A DNA stretch of 57,043 nucleotides from Dimargaris cristalligena (lineage: Eukaryota): positions 1-57,043 of the forward strand of contig ML002254.1 of assembly GCA_003614675.1 (NCBI GenBank). The letters are read 5' to 3'. This document shows positions 1 to 12,029 of this stretch, one piece after another; position 1 is the stretch's first letter; each line of letters opens with the position of its first letter. The translations under genes and the position numbers were made by a program. Under the pieces are notes generated by a model. That model did no database searches and had not been told where the DNA came from. It saw nothing but the letters and a program-made list of their open reading frames with translations.

Positions 1-3000
1 GGGATAGCGGAAAGGAATACATGGTTTCCAAAAACGATTGTAGCTGGTACTGTCCCTCCCCCCCAAATTACAAAAGCCGTACAAGGGTCGGCTGTTACTT
101 TGTAAATGTGAATAGTAGTGTGTGGGGCTGATGACTGGCAAAGTCCGGTTCTATGTCTTCCACTTGCGGGATTTGGCCGTGGGTTATATTGTGGGTTCCT
201 GCAGACAATGTGGCCAGTTTGGTTTAAAAGTCAATACAATGTACAGAACAACCGTTTATATGGGGTCTTCATAACACGTCATACTGAAATGCTCACCACG
301 CTACGAGACGTAATTTAGTCATAAACATCAATATGCGTGTCAAAGTGGGTATTGACCAACAGTGAGCCTACTGTTTACAATTCAAGTAGCATCGAGCAGC
401 AGCAACTACAGTAATGGCAAATGAATAGTCTTACTTTGATTCCTTAGCTTGGTGTCAATCGACTCCTCCCCCTAGATCTGCTGGAGTAATCGATGGAAAT
501 GGCAGCAGTTTTAACGCATCGATACTTCATTCTTGAGTAAATACGGTAAAGGGGCTTTACGTCTAGTCATGATCTTAACGTAAGTATAGATTAACATGGT
601 GCGAATAAGGTCTACGTAGATCTACAATCGAAAGGATTCGCAAGTAAAAATAGAAGGATCATCCGTTACTCCTTATCCCCTCTAACGTATCATACAGGCC
701 GCCAAGCGAGTCCACATATGTAGAGCCACAGGAAGAAGGTGAAATTTCATCACAATCCAAGTACGGAGCTGCCTTCGTGTACTCGGTTAAGATATCTATA
801 AAATAAAGCACATCGGTAGGCCAACCAACGTTTCAATACACATTTCTAGAAGGATTGCGGGTATATTAGCAGGCGTTATCACACCAGTTCAACCCAATTT
901 TAATATAATCAGACAACCATGAAGCAAACCAAACATGGCACCCAACTTATCCATCAAATTCCTGCTTTTGGGAAAACTTTAAGCGCATATTAGTAGGAAC
1001 CTGACTTTACGATTTGAGCAATATGGTGGGATTAACTTGGTGCACATGGGCGCATTCCTTATTTATAAACAGTGGATTTGTAAAATTACCAAAAAGGTGT
1101 CAGTATCATTGCCTCGAGTGGTGCCAGTTTTGGGGACGTATGAGGGTTTGCAGCGCCAGAAGTTTGGCTTAATCGACCAACACTGTACCCTACCATCACC
1201 CCTTTAACGATTAACCAGCTGTTCTTTCCCTAGCCACTTTATATAGTTAAGCTAAACCCCAAACGTGGAAGACCCCTCTAGTCGATTTTTCGGGGCCGAT
1301 TTAAGCGGTTATCATTACGCTGATTATCATGACTATGGAGTTGGATTTTAGTGAGTGCTTCCATGAAACATTTTGATCGGATTCCAGATACATATGACAA
1401 AGAAATGGGCGGTTGATAATTGCGGATTTTCATATGGATCAGCTATATATGGGATATATGTAAGTATCATGCCGATTTAAATGAAAAATGTATCTGGAAA
1501 GGCAAGTTCACTGTACAAATAATAACCAAAGTCCCCTTTTCTGCATAACAACGCGCGAAGATCATTTCTAATAGTTCAACTCAGCTAGCTCAGCGGGTGG
1601 ACTATTTTACGACCGGGGCCATTCAAGTGGAATGCCTTGTGAATAACAATTTGGCTCCAAATTTGACCATATGGAGACGGATCTTTCGGCGGTCCCTGAA
1701 TAGGGGACGCTTGTTTTCCCACCACTCAATATTGATTTGGGATTAGGCGCACGCTTAAAGATAAACTACGGTCTACCGTAGCGAAACAACATATGGGGTT
1801 ATGCGGGGGCTCAATCTCCGCTCATTGGGCGGGCAACCATTACCATATTTTAAATGGGTCCGTGGATTTGGCCAATTCAACTGGGCGGAAACACATGAGA
1901 CATACTCAACTAATCTGACTGGCTGCGGAGTCATAAACAGTTGAGCGGACTTGCTCATATCTACTTGATCTATAGTAATAGTAGAAAAAATCCTAAATGA
2001 TCGCCATCATGGGGGGTTTTAGTTATTGGGTGCGCACAGGATGTGCCGAATCCCGCCGCGTAAAATGAGCCATCTATTTGAAGTATCAGGCATTCCTCGT
2101 TAAAAATACCCCCCCTCCCCCGTCTATTTCCCCATATATGTATCTATGAAATTTCCGTACATTTAAGCTGAATGCTGCCCATATGGATCCAGAGTGCGAA
2201 CATCAACACCATATTTATCTAACTACGGCGTGCCCTTTGTCCAATAAACCGTAATCATATGAACAAGCGACATGCGATTGGAGAAAGCCACATAGTAACA
2301 CCAGGTTCTACTTAACTGGTTCATTAATTTTAAAAGTGGTATACCGACCATACAATATCAGTGCAGTCGGGGGGGGGGGGTGTAAGCTCCGGGTTTGACC
2401 CCCAACCAGCGCCACTATGAAACGTAAGACAAGCCCGAGTTAACATTTATGGTGGAGTAGTAGAAATTCTCGGGAAACTGTGGGTGGGAATAATAAAACG
2501 TTGGTTAAGAGTCTCGAATTCAAGCCTGAACACTTAATTGGTGGGCTGATCAGCCGAAAGTTAAGGCTGGCTCTATGGATTACCATACCACCTTTTCTTG
2601 GCGAAATAGAAGCGGCTGAAATCGACCTGGGGTGGTGAATGAGATATTCGGGAGGAAAAAAATAGGATTACTGACCCATACCTAAATTTGGGGGTATGTA
2701 CAGCGGGGAGTGTTGACCTCACTCTAGATGTGGGGGAGGAGATGGACATTCCGTGGCTTAGCGGAGTATACTACTGGGCAGTTTTAACCACATTATGCCT
2801 CGTCCATTTGGTGCTGGGTCTATACTGCCACAAGAATGGCAATTACAGTCCGTTCACACACATTACACTCGGATAGGCGAATCTGGATTTCGAAATGAAC
2901 ATGATATCATTGACAAACATGAACAAATAAAGCGTGGCCAGCAAAATTGGCATCAGAATGCATGGGTAGGAAATTTGTCTGGGGCATGGCTCTCTGGCGA

Positions 3001-4309
3001 ATGGAATATATGGATATACTGGGCTGTTTTCCACCATAGTAGGGCCGGTTTAAAGTCTACAGAAAATGATTATCCCTTCTTTCTATAGCAATAATGGGCA
3101 TTCTCGGGGCCGGTAGTAACTGGACACTCTATTCGTCCGCTATGGCAAGGTTTTGTAGCCTATGTGGACTGGCTGGTTGGCATTCATCTTGTCGCCTAAC
3201 GAATATGTCGGTATGCGCCAGTGCCAGCTATACCCCAGTTTAAGTTAGGGGTGATGCTCCCCATATAATCAGTACCAAAAATATAGGGTTAGAAAGTAGC
3301 CTGATAAGTAGTTGATAGTAGAGTGAGCGTGTCGGCCGTCACATTATCTGGTTAATATTTCTTGTATTGCACTTCCATAAACGGAATGCATATTTTTTGG
3401 GCCTAAATCCGACGGTGAAGCCCCCAAAAACCCACTTACGAGCAGAAGCAACTAGCCAACCGGTGTGATTTGCGCTGAAAATTGGTTGAACTGACAACAA
3501 GAGCTCAAGGCACAAAGTCTATGTATTGACATTTCGGTACACCACTTCTCTTTAATGGATTTTATTTGACCGCCCTGGTCGATTTAAACGATGATCCAGC
3601 CCAAAATCGACCGAAACTTGGTGAGGATTTTTCATACTTCGTGGCCATCCTGGGTGTAGGGCCAGGGTATGTAATGGGGTAGATCTCAGGTTACTCCTGT
3701 TCGATATCTCTAGGAACATGCACGTAGCAATGGCGCGAATGGAGAGAGAGGAGGGAGAAACTGTGGGCGATTGGTCTAGAGGGCGGGGGAGGAGGATTCG
3801 TGGACAAATAGAATGTATGTTTCGATGAGAGTTGTCTAATCCTTCTTTCCTACCCAATATACATGACTGTCTCTTTCTCAAGGGGGGGTCAGAGGAGGGC
3901 AATATGGATTTTCCGTAGAGAGTGGTCTATAGGGATGGAATGGTAGAGGATAGAGGAGAATGGCTGGCTAGAGAGTCTGCACGTAAATTTACCATTTGGG
4001 GAACCCTATATAAACTACACCCCGCGGTCACTATTGGTTTTATCCCTTCATGTGTATTAGATTCCCTCATGTCCTCCTCCTGCTCTACTCCCTGACACCC
4101 GTTTATTTTTAAATTTACGACCCTGGCTCACTTCATTCGTCACTACCTCTTAACTCGTGTCCTGCCAAATTACTGAATAATTATTGAATAATTATACTCC
4201 TTCATAACGCATCGTGACCTACTATTATCAGCCAACCTTACCGCCCCACTGCTATTGTTGGGTATAATAGACGTACCATCTCCCAGATAAACACATCCAC
4301 CTCCGTATA

Positions 4310-4498
4310 ATGCAGCACTCTCAAATTTGGGCCTTAGCCATCGTCCTTGTGGCTACCCTCACCATGACCCAGGCCGCTCCGACTGTGTCTTCCACGGCTG
4401 CCGCGACTACCGCCCCGTCTGGTATTGTTGGCGGTGCCGATGTGGCCGCCGCCCAGCCCGCTTGGCTTCTACCTGACTTTGGTTCGGGCTGGTACTAA
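4310..4498 (+). CDS. Small secreted peptide/protein (62 aa unspliced; possible 96 aa spliced form ending at 4690)
   Basis: ATG followed by a signal-peptide-like stretch (MQHSQIWALAIVLVATLTMTQA-APT) and an Ala/Thr-rich linker. TATA-like TATATAAA near 4007. The same frame reopens after TAA TGA and runs to 4690. Confidence 0.6.
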   Translation: MQHSQIWALAIVLVATLTMTQAAPTVSSTAAATTAPSGIVGGADVAAAQPAWLLPDFGSGWY

Positions 4499-6020
4499 TG
4501 ATATACCTCAGCCTGGGACTATGTTGCGACTATTACCGACATCTACCGGACCCTGTACCCCGCAACCCCCCCAGTTCACCCCACTCCTCCCTGCCATTAT
4601 ACTTTAGACATTAACGATACCTTGGCCCGAGTTGCTGCTCCCAGCTTGGGATATTCGAGCCCGCCATTTCGGCCGCGCCAATGGCCTTAATTGCCCACTC
4701 CCATTCTTTTCCTTTGGAAAATCCCTTTATGCCCCCCTAACTCAGTGTGACTATTCGATAATCACAAGTAATGATCCTGTATGAATGCCCATCATATTAC
4801 TTATCCATCTACTTATCCTTTCCCATTATCACTTTGGTGACAACCCATTCGAGTAGACTTTTTTGCCCTCCCTCGTTTTAATATTATAATAGTGCCTATC
4901 CATAATTCACCTCCACCCTCCCCATTTAATTGTATTTTCAATGAACATCGTGACTTATCTGGCGCCTCTTTGACATTATTGTAGCGAACCAAAAGCATTG
5001 CTGTGTTATCATTTTTGGTTTTGCGTGTGCGTGTGCGTGTGTGTGTGTGTGGATGGGTTTAGCTACAACTGTATAGAGTTGAGTGGGCTCCTTTTTCACC
5101 TCTAAATACACCTGATGCTAAATATAGGTTGTGGACATTGAATTCTTCAATGACCTCTAAAGCAGCCTACTGAGCTGGTGTATATCACTTGAAATTGCAA
5201 GTGTACTTTTGCCCTGCCCATGAGAAATACCGACTGAAACGGCCCAACATTTGGAGATCTGCGCCTACCGAGGATTGCTATGGCACTGACATGTTGGTCT
5301 TTTGCAGCATCAGCTATAACGTGGAGGGAACATGCTTCCACAATTGGGGAGCATTATCGAGGTCTGGAATGGCACTATTTCATGCGAATAGTCAGCAATG
5401 TCTGTTGATTGTATACATGTAAGTGTGTGCGTGTGTGTGTGTAGTAAGTCTCCCTGCTCCACTATATAATGATTCTATATACACACAGTGGTCAGTCCTG
5501 GTTTCATCCCCCAATCAGAGGTACTCGGCATTTTTTTTTTCACTATTGCCAAATTAACTGCTCTCATTCAAATTTCAACCCTCTCCCCCTACAATGATTA
5601 AAGAAATACACTAAGAGAGGAACTTCTAAACTCCCTTCTACTTTCTATTAACCCCCGCATTTCTTTCGTATGGAGTCCTTGGACAAAACTACCAGTAAGT
5701 CCACGGCTTCGACTTGGTCAGTTCATTGTTGGTAAGATACTCTGCCGAAAAGGCACCCTGCGCGAGGTGATTGGCCCCCCTACCTCGATTCCTTCACACA
5801 CACACACACACTCTCTCTCTATTGATTTTTTTCACTCTTTCGACACTCCCCACCCCGTCCTTTTTCTAATCCCCCTCGTCGGCCTCAATTCATCTACCCT
5901 AGAGCTTGTTTGAAGGAAACGCCTGTCCTGAATCACAGTCACCGTTGCCTTATTCCTTACCCAGTCCTGCTCAAGTCAGATATATATATCACTCTTTGCC
6001 TTCGTTTCTGGTTCCCACCA

Positions 6021-9000
6021 ATGTACGCCCACCAGACCCCAAATGGGGGCAACGGTCTCCACTATTCCCCGCAGGTGGCCCGGCCCCAGCCGACCATGTA
6101 CCGCCTCAAGACCCAATTGGTCTTACTCAGCGACACTTTGCCCAATTCGCCCCGCCGGGGTCCCTTGTCGCTACTCCAGGCCGAGGGTGACATGGACGGG
6201 CCGTCCGACTCCGTCACTTATAATGCCTCGTCCCGTCGGCCCAGTCCGTTGCGAGGAGGAGGAATGGGGATGGGGGGCATGCCTTCCATGATTCTCAACG
6301 ACGACCTATCGTCCCACGCCGGCGGCCTAACGGCGTATAAAGTGAAACGCCGCTTTTTGATCATTGAGCGCGGTGAAGCGACTTTGGCCCAGCTGAAAAC
6401 GAAAATCGCCCGCATGTACCACCAAATGTACCCCCACGACCCGTCCGTCGATATCCTTCGCTTAAAAGACCTGGCTTTTTATGACTTGCCCGATATTTAC
6501 CGGGTCGAGGAGGTTTTCGGGGACAGTGATACCCTGTTTGCGATGGCGACCGTGACTATGCCGCCGACCCATTACCCGAACCCGAACGAACACCAGCAAC
6601 TCCAAATTGTTCAGTCCATGGCTGAGGTGCATATTAGATCGTCACCCCCTAACGAAACGCCCATTAGGATGCTTTCGACCACTTCGGTTGATCACTCGGC
6701 TTTGGCACATTCCGTGTCGACCGTTCATGCTGTATCGCAGGAAATGGTGACACCCACCGCCCCGGAATTTCAGAATCCCCGTAAACACTCTCTAGCGCCC
6801 CAGTCGGCGGCCATTGATGATGACAACTCTCTCCCGGCCAAGAAGCCCAAGTTTCCCCCCGCCCGGTCACCTTCACCGGCTGATCATACTCCCTCCCGTC
6901 TCGGTGGCGGCGGCGGTTTTCCCGCTTCCGGTACCGATACCCCCACACAAGCCATGGTAACCCCTACGCTTGCCCAGGCCACATCACCTACTACCGAAAT
7001 GATAGACGATGGGCCATCGGTCGCGATGATATCCGATATTGGCATCGCCAGTCCGCGGGAAGGATCCGTGGTCGTTAACCCGCTGGACCGTTCCCAAGGA
7101 AACGGGCGGACTGCAGTGGCCGCCAAGACCTTCGCTTCACCAACCATTGTCCAGGCATCCCCTTCCGTCCCTACCTTAAGCACGGCCCAACTGGCTCGGT
7201 CCGCAATGCATAATATCACCCTCAAATCTCCCGGCAGGGTGGCTCCTCCTCCCGCCCTCTCACCCCCAGAAGCCGCCCCGGCGCCAGCGCCAGTGGCCCC
7301 GCTCCCACAACCGACACAGTCGACCGGTTCGAACACGGTTGCTGAGCGGGAAGCCATTAAGAAGAACGACGAGCATACGCAACCCCCGAAACAGTCGTCG
7401 GATTCGGATTGGGGCCAACTACCAGAATCAGACTCTGATTTAGATTCAGACTCAAGTTCAGAGGCGGACTCCGAGTCCGAACCGGAACCCAAGGCTACCC
7501 CAGCCACCACCCCCGTTAGTCGGCCAGCCGCACCCAAGGCTGTCCCGAACGCTAAACCGGTGCCCTCGCCGCGAACTAGCGCCTGGACCCAATTGCGGCC
7601 CGCTGTTAAAACGATTGGTGGCCATTCGTGCTCGGATTCTGATTCAGACTCGGACGCGGATGTGCTTATTATACCTACCAGCCGCAAAAGTGGTCCCGCC
7701 ACGCGTAGCTCAACTGGCCTCCGATCCGCTGCTCCTTCTACCACCTCCGTTACCACTAGAACTAGCACTAAGACCAGTACCTCCATTCCAGCCGCCAAAG
7801 TTACACAGCAGCGTGCCGTAGCAAGCAAGACCCCAAGCAAGCCCTTGGCCAGCCCTAAATCCGGTACCGGGTCCCAAATGGACATTGATTCCGACTTGGG
7901 TCCCAAAACACAAGTGACTCAAGCTAAAACTCCGTCGAATTCGAATCCCCCGGCCCCTCCTGTTCGGACATCCACCTCCAATGCTAAATTAACGTACAGT
8001 TCCGACTCGGATTCCGAAAGCGACTCGAGCGCGACCTCGGATTCTGAATCAGACTCTGATATCGTCGATCCATCGAGCCAAAACGCCCAGCGACCTACGG
8101 TGCCGAAGACGGAGGCCCAGCCCCTAAAACCCGTCAGCCCGATAGTTGTAGTTAGCGCCCCAATGGACGTTGATTCTGAATCAGAGTCCAATTCCGATGC
8201 TGACACTGCCTCGGATACCGACACTGATTCAGACACCGACATTATTATAAGCAAGGTCAATCCGACGGTCCCAACCCCCACGATTCCGCAAGCTAATACG
8301 GACGTTAGGGTAGCCGTGGATTCGGGCTCTAGTTCCGAGTCCGAGGAGTCGGAGTTAGATTTGGAGTCGGACTCCGAGGACAACCCCAAGGTTAATAACC
8401 AAGGGGACCAGAAACAGCCCGGTGTACAAATCCCGGTTATTCCGCAATCTAATCTCGCGGTTGAACAACCCACTCCAGCTAAACTGGATTCCGAAAGCGA
8501 CTCTGGCTCGGGTTCAGACTCCAATTCCGACACTGACACTGACTCGGGCTCCGATGGCGATTCCGAAGAGTCCAACTCCGAGACCGCCGCATCATCCACC
8601 TCCATGGACTCGTCTAACAAAACAACCACCCAGGCATCTGCAAAGGCCACTTTGGCCTTAAACGGCCGACGTACTAGTGGTCCCCCGGGGGGGGCTATAT
8701 CAATGGACCTCGCGCCCGGTAAATTGCTACAAAAATCGAGTTTCCGCTCCCTCTCCCAAATAGCGGCCTCCCGCCAATTCGACCAACTTCGTACATCCGC
8801 CCAATTAGTCACAGGAGCGGCCAAGATTTTTAATTCGCCGGCCCATTCCCTCCTCCATAGTCCGGATGTTTTGTCAGATGAAAGTAACGAAGATGATGAC
8901 GATGATGATAGTGATTCTGATTCAGCATCAAGTGCTTCATTGTCTTCTTCATCGGACGATGATTCAGAGTCGGAATCCAAATCGAAAGCGATATCGAACT

Positions 9001-9158
9001 CTACAAAAACTACGCGATTTAATTCATCTATGGCCAAACCAAGAGGTGCAGCTGGATCGTCCCGGACGTCGTCGGCCGGTAGTAGCCCACCCAAAATTAG
9101 AGTCGCCGGGGCCCAGCGGAAAACGCGCAAGTCCGGGCTGTTCGCAATGGCTATGTAA
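6021..9158 (+). CDS. Net1/Tof2/Dnt1-like nucleolar protein with an N-terminal Cdc14-binding-type domain and a long Ser/Asp-rich disordered body
   Basis: Intronless ORF of >1000 codons; first ATG at 6021, alternative ATG at 6096. MYRLKTQLVLL...KRRFLII...TLAQLKTKIARMYHQMYP...VDILRLKDLAFYDLPDIYRVEEVF resembles yeast Net1 as recalled (MYKLQVVLV...KKFLLFT...LSLQDNSGCDLDPDFLVKDVF). Acidic SDSDS blocks alternate with Pro/Thr/Lys blocks; C-terminus is basic. Confidence 0.7.
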   Translation: MYAHQTPNGGNGLHYSPQVARPQPTMYRLKTQLVLLSDTLPNSPRRGPLSLLQAEGDMDGPSDSVTYNASSRRPSPLRGGGMGMGGMPSMILNDDLSSHAGGLTAYKVKRRFLIIERGEATLAQLKTKIARMYHQMYPHDPSVDILRLKDLAFYDLPDIYRVEEVFGDSDTLFAMATVTMPPTHYPNPNEHQQLQIVQSMAEVHIRSSPPNETPIRMLSTTSVDHSALAHSVSTVHAVSQEMVTPTAPEFQNPRKHSLAPQSAAIDDDNSLPAKKPKFPPARSPSPADHTPSRLGGGGGFPASGTDTPTQAMVTPTLAQATSPTTEMIDDGPSVAMISDIGIASPREGSVVVNPLDRSQGNGRTAVAAKTFASPTIVQASPSVPTLSTAQLARSAMHNITLKSPGRVAPPPALSPPEAAPAPAPVAPLPQPTQSTGSNTVAEREAIKKNDEHTQPPKQSSDSDWGQLPESDSDLDSDSSSEADSESEPEPKATPATTPVSRPAAPKAVPNAKPVPSPRTSAWTQLRPAVKTIGGHSCSDSDSDSDADVLIIPTSRKSGPATRSSTGLRSAAPSTTSVTTRTSTKTSTSIPAAKVTQQRAVASKTPSKPLASPKSGTGSQMDIDSDLGPKTQVTQAKTPSNSNPPAPPVRTSTSNAKLTYSSDSDSESDSSATSDSESDSDIVDPSSQNAQRPTVPKTEAQPLKPVSPIVVVSAPMDVDSESESNSDADTASDTDTDSDTDIIISKVNPTVPTPTIPQANTDVRVAVDSGSSSESEESELDLESDSEDNPKVNNQGDQKQPGVQIPVIPQSNLAVEQPTPAKLDSESDSGSGSDSNSDTDTDSGSDGDSEESNSETAASSTSMDSSNKTTTQASAKATLALNGRRTSGPPGGAISMDLAPGKLLQKSSFRSLSQIAASRQFDQLRTSAQLVTGAAKIFNSPAHSLLHSPDVLSDESNEDDDDDDSDSDSASSASLSSSSDDDSESESKSKAISNSTKTTRFNSSMAKPRGAAGSSRTSSAGSSPPKIRVAGAQRKTRKSGLFAMAM

Positions 9159-11960
9159 ATGCTGATCAGCACTTCCATACGTAATTATTTTTATAGTCCC
9201 TCCAACTCGTCCATCCTCCCTCCCTTCGCGCACACATTCGCACCTCGCCTTCTCTCAACCCTCGCCCACCTGTTTCACTTTCTTTAGTCTCTTCCTGCGC
9301 TATATTATTATTTATATTCTCTTAATGCCCGGTTCTCACCTATTCCCATTTATATAGATGCGAAAAACATAGTTTATACAAGAATCTAGCAATGATCATA
9401 GATTTTGTTTCTCCCCATCGCGCGCCCTATCCAAAAATCCTTGATTTTTCTTGGATGTTAAATGTACAGGTCTGTTGCGTATTCAAGAGGTCCCTTTGGG
9501 GTATTTTATTACCTCATCCTTCTCTCTTTCCGCGATTTACAAAAACCCGTACGATCTTGGCGTTTTTTACTTCTCTTCTCTCCCCTCCCCTGTAGTTGTT
9601 ATATTATTTTTGTTTTTTGTTCCCGAATCGTCGACTTTAGTGGAATGGTCTCGTCCCACTATATTGTCCAATGGTTCGAGTTTTTCGCACATGTCAGTCT
9701 CAATGAAATTAACGGTAGTAATGTTGAATTCGGTTCTTTTGAAATGGCAAAGAGGACCCGGGACTTCAAGTCGCTAACCGCCATTTCCAGCCCGGGGTTG
9801 GGGAACTGTGAACAATATATAGATCCATACGAATCGGTTAAAACTTGGCTTAGATGTTAATGCAATTATGTATATTAGACCGCGATAATCTTGTCACCTT
9901 GTAAAGGGTGGCAATACCAACTTTATACAACCGCCATGAATAGCCAACATGGATAGACGGCCACCACGTGACGTTTGTATCCACAGTCTTTCCATTGCCG
10001 TTTCTTTTACACCCACTCCCCCTACCTTGTTCGCACATTTATGTATACTTTGGCTATCCACACCATGGGGCCATTCACTGCGCGCCCATTTAGGCATTTT
10101 CGGTGAAGACCTTGGTATATTCGATGCCTTTTAAAATAGTTCTCGATATGGCGATTTTCTTTAATCCCCCCCCGCCTACCAATTCAAATTTCCGAATCGG
10201 GATTAGTATCGGCGAGAATGGGAGAGAAAGAGGCGCTTTTGCTCTGTGGAGGACGTCACTCCATCGGATTTTGCAATAATAAGAAAAATAAGAATAATAA
10301 AAATACCTGGTCGAAACAGGTGCTGTAACATTATGAATCGGTGCCCTTGGAATAAAAAACGACAGTGTTATGATTCGTGTGCAGCCCAGAGTTAGTTAGC
10401 ATACATCAGAAATATATTAGGGAGGTATGGGTGAAAGCGAATCATGTGGCATTAGGCGTAGGGAATATATATATATATATATATATATAGAACAACCCAG
10501 AGCTATGTATAAGAATGTTAGTTTGATGTGTCATTAACTCTGTACCTACGAATACCCTCATTTTAGGGTTTCGTATTTGTACATGGCAATACTCTTGTTT
10601 AGAGGGATATAGATTAGAACAGAGGTGGGTGAATGACAGAGTCAACTGCGTCAACCCACCTGCCATAGAACCCTTAGGATCAGTTGATCTTCTATTGTTC
10701 CATGGGGTTGCCTGGCCCCTAACTGGGGTAGCTTGGTGTGTGTTAAGGCTGGTTTCCAATTGGAATTAAATAACAGGCACGGTAGATGGTTAATAGCGAC
10801 AGGGGGTACTTATATATATATATAATATAAACATGTTATGGCCACTGAGTGTAAAGAGATGATGTGGTTGGGGGGTTTGTTTAAGGTGGTTGATGGATAA
10901 GATTCCACTGAAGCTGTCATGCGCGTGGGGTCGGTCGAATGCCGGACGGTGGGGGGAACAGGGAGGCCGAAAATGGGGATATTAGGGAGGGGGGAGTTCA
11001 TAGGTATTTTTTTCGGAGGAGCCCATTGAAATGACCTCCATATAGTAGTCTCTGCATCAACCCGTGCTGCAGCCGCTCGCCTAATCTGTAGACCAAGCCG
11101 GGGGTGCAGCAAGAGATATATTGACTGAATGGGAAGGCTGGTAGTTTAGTGCGAATACCCGGTGAATTGTCCCAGGTTTCCGTATGTTGGCCAAATAGAG
11201 GAGGGACCAGTAGAGAAAGTCGTTTAATGGTGACGTCTTCTAAAAAAAAAGTGGATGAGGCATATATATATTTGTAGAGGCGTACTTTAAAGGGTTTCCC
11301 GATTGTGTCGTCTCAGTTGGTCCCCGGTGAGGGTCAACAGCGGGCTGGTGCCGGTTTCCCAAATAGGAAGGTTCTGGTCGTTATAAGGCGGGGTCTGTCC
11401 CATTCGGGTGTAATCTTGGCCCGTTTAGGGAAAGTAAGGGGTGCAGCTGTTTCTCTATGGAGTCGGGAAAATTCGACATTGAAATTCCAGGGTGCAGGCG
11501 GTAGAAATGGTTATGCACATGTGGCCTGGAATCATCTGGACGAAACGAAACCTTAGCACGACCGACAAGGACAACGTAGGGTCATCGTACGTCACCCCTC
11601 CAACTCCATCATTTTGGCACTCTACCCAAGCACCAAGCGAATAGTCTCTGACGCAATGGAGGTCAAGGGGGGCAGGGACCCAATTCAGGGCGGGGGGGTA
11701 TGAGTATAGGTCACCCATCGTAACGAAGTCGGGAACCCAGAAATAGAGATCATTATTTGATGACTTATGGGGCCAATAACCCCAACCCACGCATTTCTTC
11801 TGGCCACCGAAGCCATGAATACGGATAAGATTTCCGTAGATTGCGGATTGTGTTCTGCCTTGGCTCAACTCCACAGTGTAGGAGGTGTGGTCTAGAATGC
11901 GGCAATATTGTGATGGGGACGGAATAGACGGTTCCAACCCTTTGTCCATTCATACGGGAT

Positions 11961-12029
11961 TGTCGCCTGGGATGTAGGAATGAGTAATTTTTTTGTGTCG
12001 CCTGGGATGTAGGCATGAGTAATTTTTTG
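11961..12029. repeat. Tandem duplication of a ~35 bp unit
   Basis: TGTCGCCTGGGATGTAGG(A/C)ATGAGTAATTTTTT occurs at 11961 and 11996. Confidence 0.9.

Noticed and set aside
1585-1640. TAGCTCAGCGGGT A-box-like motif
   Set aside because: No complete cloverleaf or properly placed GTTCRA.
1-4000. Short ORFs in the first 4 kb
   Set aside because: No recognisable domains, codon bias or consistent splice structure; treated as intergenic.
5910-6020. TTG-initiated N-terminal extensions in the ORF track (also 25377, 30316 and 56017)
   Set aside because: Artefacts of prokaryote-style start calling; downstream ATGs fit homology or signal peptides.
6884-9178. Long antisense ORFs (6884-7906 and 7919-9178)
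   Set aside because: Shadows of the low-complexity Ser/Asp/Pro codons of the plus-strand gene; no independent motifs.
11961-12029. CRISPR-like repeat
   Set aside because: Two adjacent units with no spacer, in a eukaryotic context with no cas genes.
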